A stretch of DNA of 58,552 nt, filler included, from Platydemus manokwari (taxonomy: Eukaryota), in the NCBI GenBank assembly GCA_037951405.1. It is 5 parts of 5 records of this genome, joined end to end, with 100 filler letters (N's around TTAATTAATTAA, not from the genome) between each part and the next. Parts side by side here need not be neighbours in the genome. Positions count along the whole stretch, not along the records: positions 44,756 to 58,552 come from JBBMOY011621405.1; 4 more parts are not named here. One strand, 5' to 3'. The first letter of the stretch is position 1, and every line of letters starts with the position of its first letter. The notes below the pieces were generated by a model, which did not search any database, was not told the DNA's origin, and saw only the letters and a list, made by a program, of their open reading frames with translations. A program made the position numbers and the translations under genes. Of the stretch, positions 52,804-58,552 are shown piece after piece.

Positions 52804-54366
52804 ATGGAATGTCCATTATGCTATGAATCATTAGAAATTTCCACCACGTCCATCACATTTCTAGAATGTTGTCACATATTTTGTCAATTTTGTGCCAATG
52901 AGATCATTTTTCAGAAAACTGTTCATTGTCCATTGGATGTTATAAAATGCAAGAGTTTAAAGGTTTTGACAGATGGCGAGTATATAATTGCTGATATTCG
53001 TGCCTACAAATATCGTATGTGGATTAATAATCGAAAATCGATAAACCAGATAGTAGAAAATAATTGGTCTGTTGCCATGCAACAATTATCCAATATTTTC
53101 TCGACTATTAAATCTACATTATTGAATGCGCATGCATGGATTCGTTTAACGAACGAAGTCAATCAACGAGAAGTTCAAGCATTGAAAATTAAAATAAATC
53201 AAGATAAGACAAACATGAATAATATCTTTCAATCAATAAATTGGGATCGAAGTAAAATGGAATCTCTTTTAGATATCTTTGATCATTACAATGAAAGTGA
53301 TTCTTTGTTTCAATTGAATGTTAGAAACTCCTTTGTATTCGATGAAATTAATTCCCACATTGATACAGTTATTCGAAAGTTTCTTCTTATTCAATTTACA
53401 AACGACTCCTCAAAATCAATTCTCAACAAACAATTACAACATTTTCAAGATGATATCGATGATTTGAGGCAAATATCTTGTTATCTAACCAAATTAATTA
53501 TCACATTCATCGCTGATAATGGCCAGACATATCGAATTCATAATCCCGATATGATTGAAATGGAAATCGATAAATGTTTGATATGTCTGCATGTTATTCA
53601 TGAGAATATATTCTCTAAATTTCAAAATTGTGAGCATAAGCTTTGTTTAGATTGTACAAAACGATATATCGTAACGCATGGCAGTTGTCCATTCGACAGC
53701 AATGAAATTGTGGAATTAATCATGTCAGATTCTTCGGATTATCCCGGTTACACAGTTTCCCAATATTGGTTGAGAAATTGTGAAAATTTTATCAATGGTG
53801 TCTGCAAAAGAATTTCCAAACTTTATGAAAATGTAGTTTTGGAAGTCGTGAATATTCTCAGAGAATATCCTGATATCGCATTAAAAACAAAGGATTTTGT
53901 TGATATTTTTGAAAATGGAGATGAGAAATCGATACAGAAATCAATACAGATTATTAAAGCAGATCTGGAAAACTTTCACAAGAGAAAGCTTATAAAGAAC
54001 TTTAATTTATCAAAATTAAATTCTCATTTCGCAATCCAAAGTGTCACTTTGTTAATTCAGTTCAGCATCTTTCACAACAGCTCAGATAATAAAAATTTTT
54101 ACCTTTACGAAAAAATTGATTCGTTAAATACCGATCAATATTTGACGAATTACATTTCCTTCATTGAATCACACATGAATTTACAAGATCATTTTTGGAA
54201 ATTCCATGATTCTGCTGACTACCACCACTTGCTATTTTCCATAAATGAATTTCATAAGTATTACAAAGTAATGAATCGTCGCGCATTTAAGAAAAATGTT
54301 TTATCTTCGGCGTCCATTTTAACATCAACGAAGAACTTACAGAATATTTTAACTATCGGAAAATGA
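52804..54366 (+). CDS. Intronless tandem RING-finger protein (two C3HC3D RING + helical modules), putative E3 ligase
   Basis: 520-aa ORF; CPLC..CCHIFCQFC..CPLD (52810-52938) and CLIC..CEHKLCLDC..CPFD (53575-53697). Confidence 0.88.
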   Translation: MECPLCYESLEISTTSITFLECCHIFCQFCANEIIFQKTVHCPLDVIKCKSLKVLTDGEYIIADIRAYKYRMWINNRKSINQIVENNWSVAMQQLSNIFSTIKSTLLNAHAWIRLTNEVNQREVQALKIKINQDKTNMNNIFQSINWDRSKMESLLDIFDHYNESDSLFQLNVRNSFVFDEINSHIDTVIRKFLLIQFTNDSSKSILNKQLQHFQDDIDDLRQISCYLTKLIITFIADNGQTYRIHNPDMIEMEIDKCLICLHVIHENIFSKFQNCEHKLCLDCTKRYIVTHGSCPFDSNEIVELIMSDSSDYPGYTVSQYWLRNCENFINGVCKRISKLYENVVLEVVNILREYPDIALKTKDFVDIFENGDEKSIQKSIQIIKADLENFHKRKLIKNFNLSKLNSHFAIQSVTLLIQFSIFHNSSDNKNFYLYEKIDSLNTDQYLTNYISFIESHMNLQDHFWKFHDSADYHHLLFSINEFHKYYKVMNRRAFKKNVLSSASILTSTKNLQNILTIGK

Positions 54367-57099
54367 TCCATTTTTATTTAAATATATATTAATTAACTTT
54401 TTGTCCAATTAAAATAGCTGTTGGTCATCTGATTCAATGGTATCTGTTGAGATTGTATACATTGCTTCACCTTGAAGATTTGACTTTGTTTATTTTGAGT
54501 CATGGAGAAATATCCGAAAATTTAACAATAGAAATCCATAAGAACCAATGATCATGATTTAGATTGTTTTTTTAATTTAGTAACAAGAGTTTTTATTATG
54601 AAATTGATATCAAGACATGACAGCATTAATTTTTAAAAAACTTCTGTTAACAAAGAAAAAAATGAGATTGACAAACTTAATGAAACATTATTGAATAAAC
54701 ATGGAAGTTCTACTAATTCTCAATCAAAGGGAATTATTTAAATTTTCATTCATAGTAGATAGAAAATTGTGGGTGTGAAAATCAGTGTATTTACAATATT
54801 TTATTTAAATTTATGTGAAATTATTTGTTTAGGCGAAAAATATTAGATTGGCACAAACACAGGTTTTCTTTCCTTAGGATGACGATTATGTCAGATTAAA
54901 CACATTTTTGTATATTTAGAAAGTTGGAATAGGACGTTAAGATGTAATAAAAAATAAGATTGAACTGATTCGAATAAGTGTCATTTAATTAGACACAAAT
55001 AAATGATAGACTATAAATATTTTGAATTCTGATTCAATCCCTAAGATACAACTAATAACCTTATTATATTTTCTTCATCTCACGCAACGATATTATATGA
55101 AGATAATACGTGCAGTAACAATGATCTTATAAAACTTAACTTAGCAATCTCAATTTCTATGGCAACTGAATTCCTACAAATTACTATTTATTAACGATTC
55201 AATCAATGGCAGTCAATTTAATACACTAAAATTTATTGCTACAAAAATATTTATTACAACGACTAAAATATTAAAATTACAAAGAACAATGATTTCAGCA
55301 AACTACTGTATACACTTAAATAAAATAGACGATTGACTTAACAAATTCTGAATTGAAGAAATAATTCATAAACTCCTTTTGGAACAAAACCAAATACCTG
55401 AAGAGTTATTTGTGCGACAAACCCTTGCATTACAATAATGCACGATAAGCATATAGTACAGATCAATCATTAAAAAAGATCTAACTCAAGGTAACTGGTT
55501 AGACAAATGGCAATTATAACAAATACGTCTATTGAGCAAATATGTCAGCTATTGGTTTCTAATTATGAATTATGACAAGAGTTCTGTGGTTTTCAACTCC
55601 TATATATACTTTCTGATAGTTGAGATTTAATTGTCATACAATATTTTATTTCGTTACATTTTTCAATTTTATCCTTCATTGGTTTAATTCTATTGTTTTC
55701 CTTTTTATCTCTAAAACACATTGTAAGAATATCAGCTGTTATCAGAGTTATTATCAAACTTTCTAGATTATTATTTCTTATAATATTATATTTAATAATA
55801 ATATTATTTTATATTGTATATTTTAATAATTGTTTCTCATGTAATTATAAATAATGTTTATAATTATCGTTTTTTCTTATTAATTGCTTATCCAGAATTT
55901 CGTTCAAAGATAAGAATTCATTTTCATAAAAAACCGTTTTAGCATAAAACATTACATTTACAAAAATATTCAATCCTAAAAAACGTTATTTGTATACATT
56001 TATACATTCAATCACCTTTTACGAAATTGTTACACTTAAAATGATACATTTATATCATTTCACAAAATGTTACATCAATTAAACGATGCATTAAAGTCAT
56101 TACGTAAAAATTATTATTGCTAACGTAAAATCCCCAACAATATTATCAAATAAATAAATAATGAAACTGAATGAAACAAAATTTTGAAATTTATATTTTT
56201 GCTGCGCTCATCGAAATGAAAATAATAAATCACGATGAACTCATATAACCAAAACATAACTAATATTTTCAAATTATAAAACGGGTACAAATTAAGTGAT
56301 CATGTTTTGAATATTCACAGAAAAAATTGTTGTCTTAAGCTATCCACAGCTAGCTTTCAATACCAGATGTCGAGTTGGGGATTATTGGTGAGAATAATGA
56401 ATAATCGATTGACTGGATGGTAAATAAATCATTGACTATCGACATTGAGATCTACTTTTTATAGAGATTTTAAAAGTAACTGAAATAAATAATTAATTAG
56501 ATAACTCTGACACTGTCACTTTTTGATTTTCGACGGCTGCCGAAATTCTGCAATAAATAATAGATTACTTGACTAAGTAAAAAAATTATAGAGACAAAAT
56601 AATTTAGTCTCGAACAAAAAAAGGAGCAGATAAAATTTTATATTAAATTTTATATATCAAATGGAAGATCAAAAAATGAGAAATTTAACAAATGCTAAAG
56701 ACATCCATTTACCTGTTAATCTCTCCCAATGAATGGTTTTATTCAAGTTTATTTCATATATAATAAATTATTATCTTTACTTAATTGTTATTACTAATTA
56801 TATTCATGAGTCTATCTATTGGATAAATACAATCGATAAACTAATGATTATTGAAAATTGAGTAAAATTAACCTTGATTTTGCCAAGAACTTTAAATTAG
56901 CGACGCTAGAGTTTAATTGTAAAGATTTTGAAATTAAAATCACCATAGAGATATGTTGAGACGAATTTGGAATCTTTATTTTAGCGCTTCAAGCATTGGT
57001 AAACAATACCGGCATAGCAATCAACTAATCACTGCCGACTTAAATATAAAATTATAATTCGAAAAAGAGACGTAACCACATAATAATACTCACATAAGG

Positions 57100-57240
57100 A
57101 TTGACCAATCTCGAATACACAAAACCAATAAATCCAATTGAAATTTGAGAAATAAAATATCAAATCAAAACGTGACTCAAAAATTACACAGAAATCTCAA
57201 GTATAAATACTAGTGTTAATATGTCAACCTGTCAGTTAGA
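57100..57240 (+). promoter_or_regulatory. Canonical Pol II promoter layout with no evident gene
   Basis: CCAAT at 57105, 57125, 57134; TGACTCA 57173-57179; TATAAATA 57202; TCAGTT 57232. Confidence 0.4.
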
Positions 57241-58552
57241 AACCAAGTTTGATGTAGTTGTTTATTATTGATTATGAAATGTTTTTTTGAATTTAGAGTC
57301 ATTTTTGGTACTTATTGATTAATACGTTTTATGAAATACAGAATGCAACTTCGATTCTTTTTCAACTTTTTTAAATACGGAATTTAATTACTTTGTTTAA
57401 TAATTTTATTCTATACTTTACTTGATATTTAACCTTGGATGTCTTTCATATTTCTCTCAATATTAATGTTATTATCGTCGATATTTTGTTCATATAAAAT
57501 TATAATCGTTTTTCATTATATAAAGTACAGCACGATAAAACCGCAAAGAAAAGTTGAGTAATGATAAATAATTGAAAATCATACAATAATTTCAACCATA
57601 ATTAAAATCCGCCCAATCGTATATAGCAAATTATGGATTCATAAAAAAGAACCATAATAAACATATTCCTTTTTGTTAAATAATGATAATTTAAATACAC
57701 ATCAAACTTAAAATATTGAAGTAATTCCCGAAAAATACTCAATGTACAAATAATACCATACTATTAAATTACTCACAACCCCTAGTACAGTAGAAGTATA
57801 AATAGGTACCATAAAATACATATCTCGCAAGTTTTAGAAACTAGTAGCAGAAATCTATTTGATAACAGAAAATAGATTTATTTCCGACCACCTACAATAG
57901 GAATAAGACAGATATTCATTATATGCGAAGTACATTATATTGAAAGATCGAAACCTTTGATTTTTATTTAATTATTCACCAAAATGATGTAATAAATAAA
58001 GCACTAATTAGTTAAAAAAATCAATAATATCATTTAAACATTTTTATTCTATATATTCTTGTTTATCAAAACAAACTAAGAAGTTAAAATCGTAAACTTA
58101 CCTAGGACTTGGTGCTATCTGTCCGTACAAGTCATTATAATTACTTTAGTCAGTTGTAAAGACATTAATATTTATTTTATAAAAACAAATTTGGTTTTTG
58201 GACTGCGTTATAATAGTGTTACATCATATTCATGATAATTATATCTTATCAATATTTATCATATTTTTGGTGCAATGTATTGAAGTTAAAAGAATTAAAA
58301 GTTTACAACTATCTCTTCCAATCCCTAAAAATTCACATTACAATTAGTGTCGAGACGAATGAACAACAATTAACGCCTTATACACCTTAGTGATACATGT
58401 TGGGTACAAAACTATAATAAATAATAATAATTAAAACATATAAAATATTTTCCAAATGATTCAATAACCTGCCTAAATGAAAGATGTATTTGTCCAAACC
58501 TAGAATAAAAGAAATACAAAAATATAAATAAAATTAATTTGTTACTAAATAT

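Overview
AT-rich eukaryotic (most likely invertebrate animal) DNA, not a prokaryote. The window is five separate contigs joined by four identical artificial 100-bp linkers (44 N + TTAATTAATTAA + 44 N), so neighbourhood across linkers may not be real. Many introns are very short GT-AG introns (36-57 nt). I could splice by hand a complete 4-exon cyclin T (388 aa), a 5-exon BAR-like helical protein (284 aa) head-to-head with an intronless 520-aa double RING protein, the C-terminal half of an OFA/YhjX-like MFS transporter, an EGF-domain fragment and a long hypothetical gene. Much of the remainder is decayed transposon DNA. The best-supported non-obvious system is a structurally complete 759-bp non-coding mini LTR retrotransposon (TRIM: TG..CA LTRs, PBS, PPT, 5-bp TSD) with three more family fragments, plus a gag-protease Ty3/gypsy relic carrying nearly the same primer-binding site, a candidate helper lineage. 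Also notable: a NeSL-like Ulp1-protease/REL retroelement with no visible RT, a deleted mariner with ~110-bp inverted repeats, and a DEDDh exonuclease pseudogene. All family calls come from motif recognition by eye; no searches were run.
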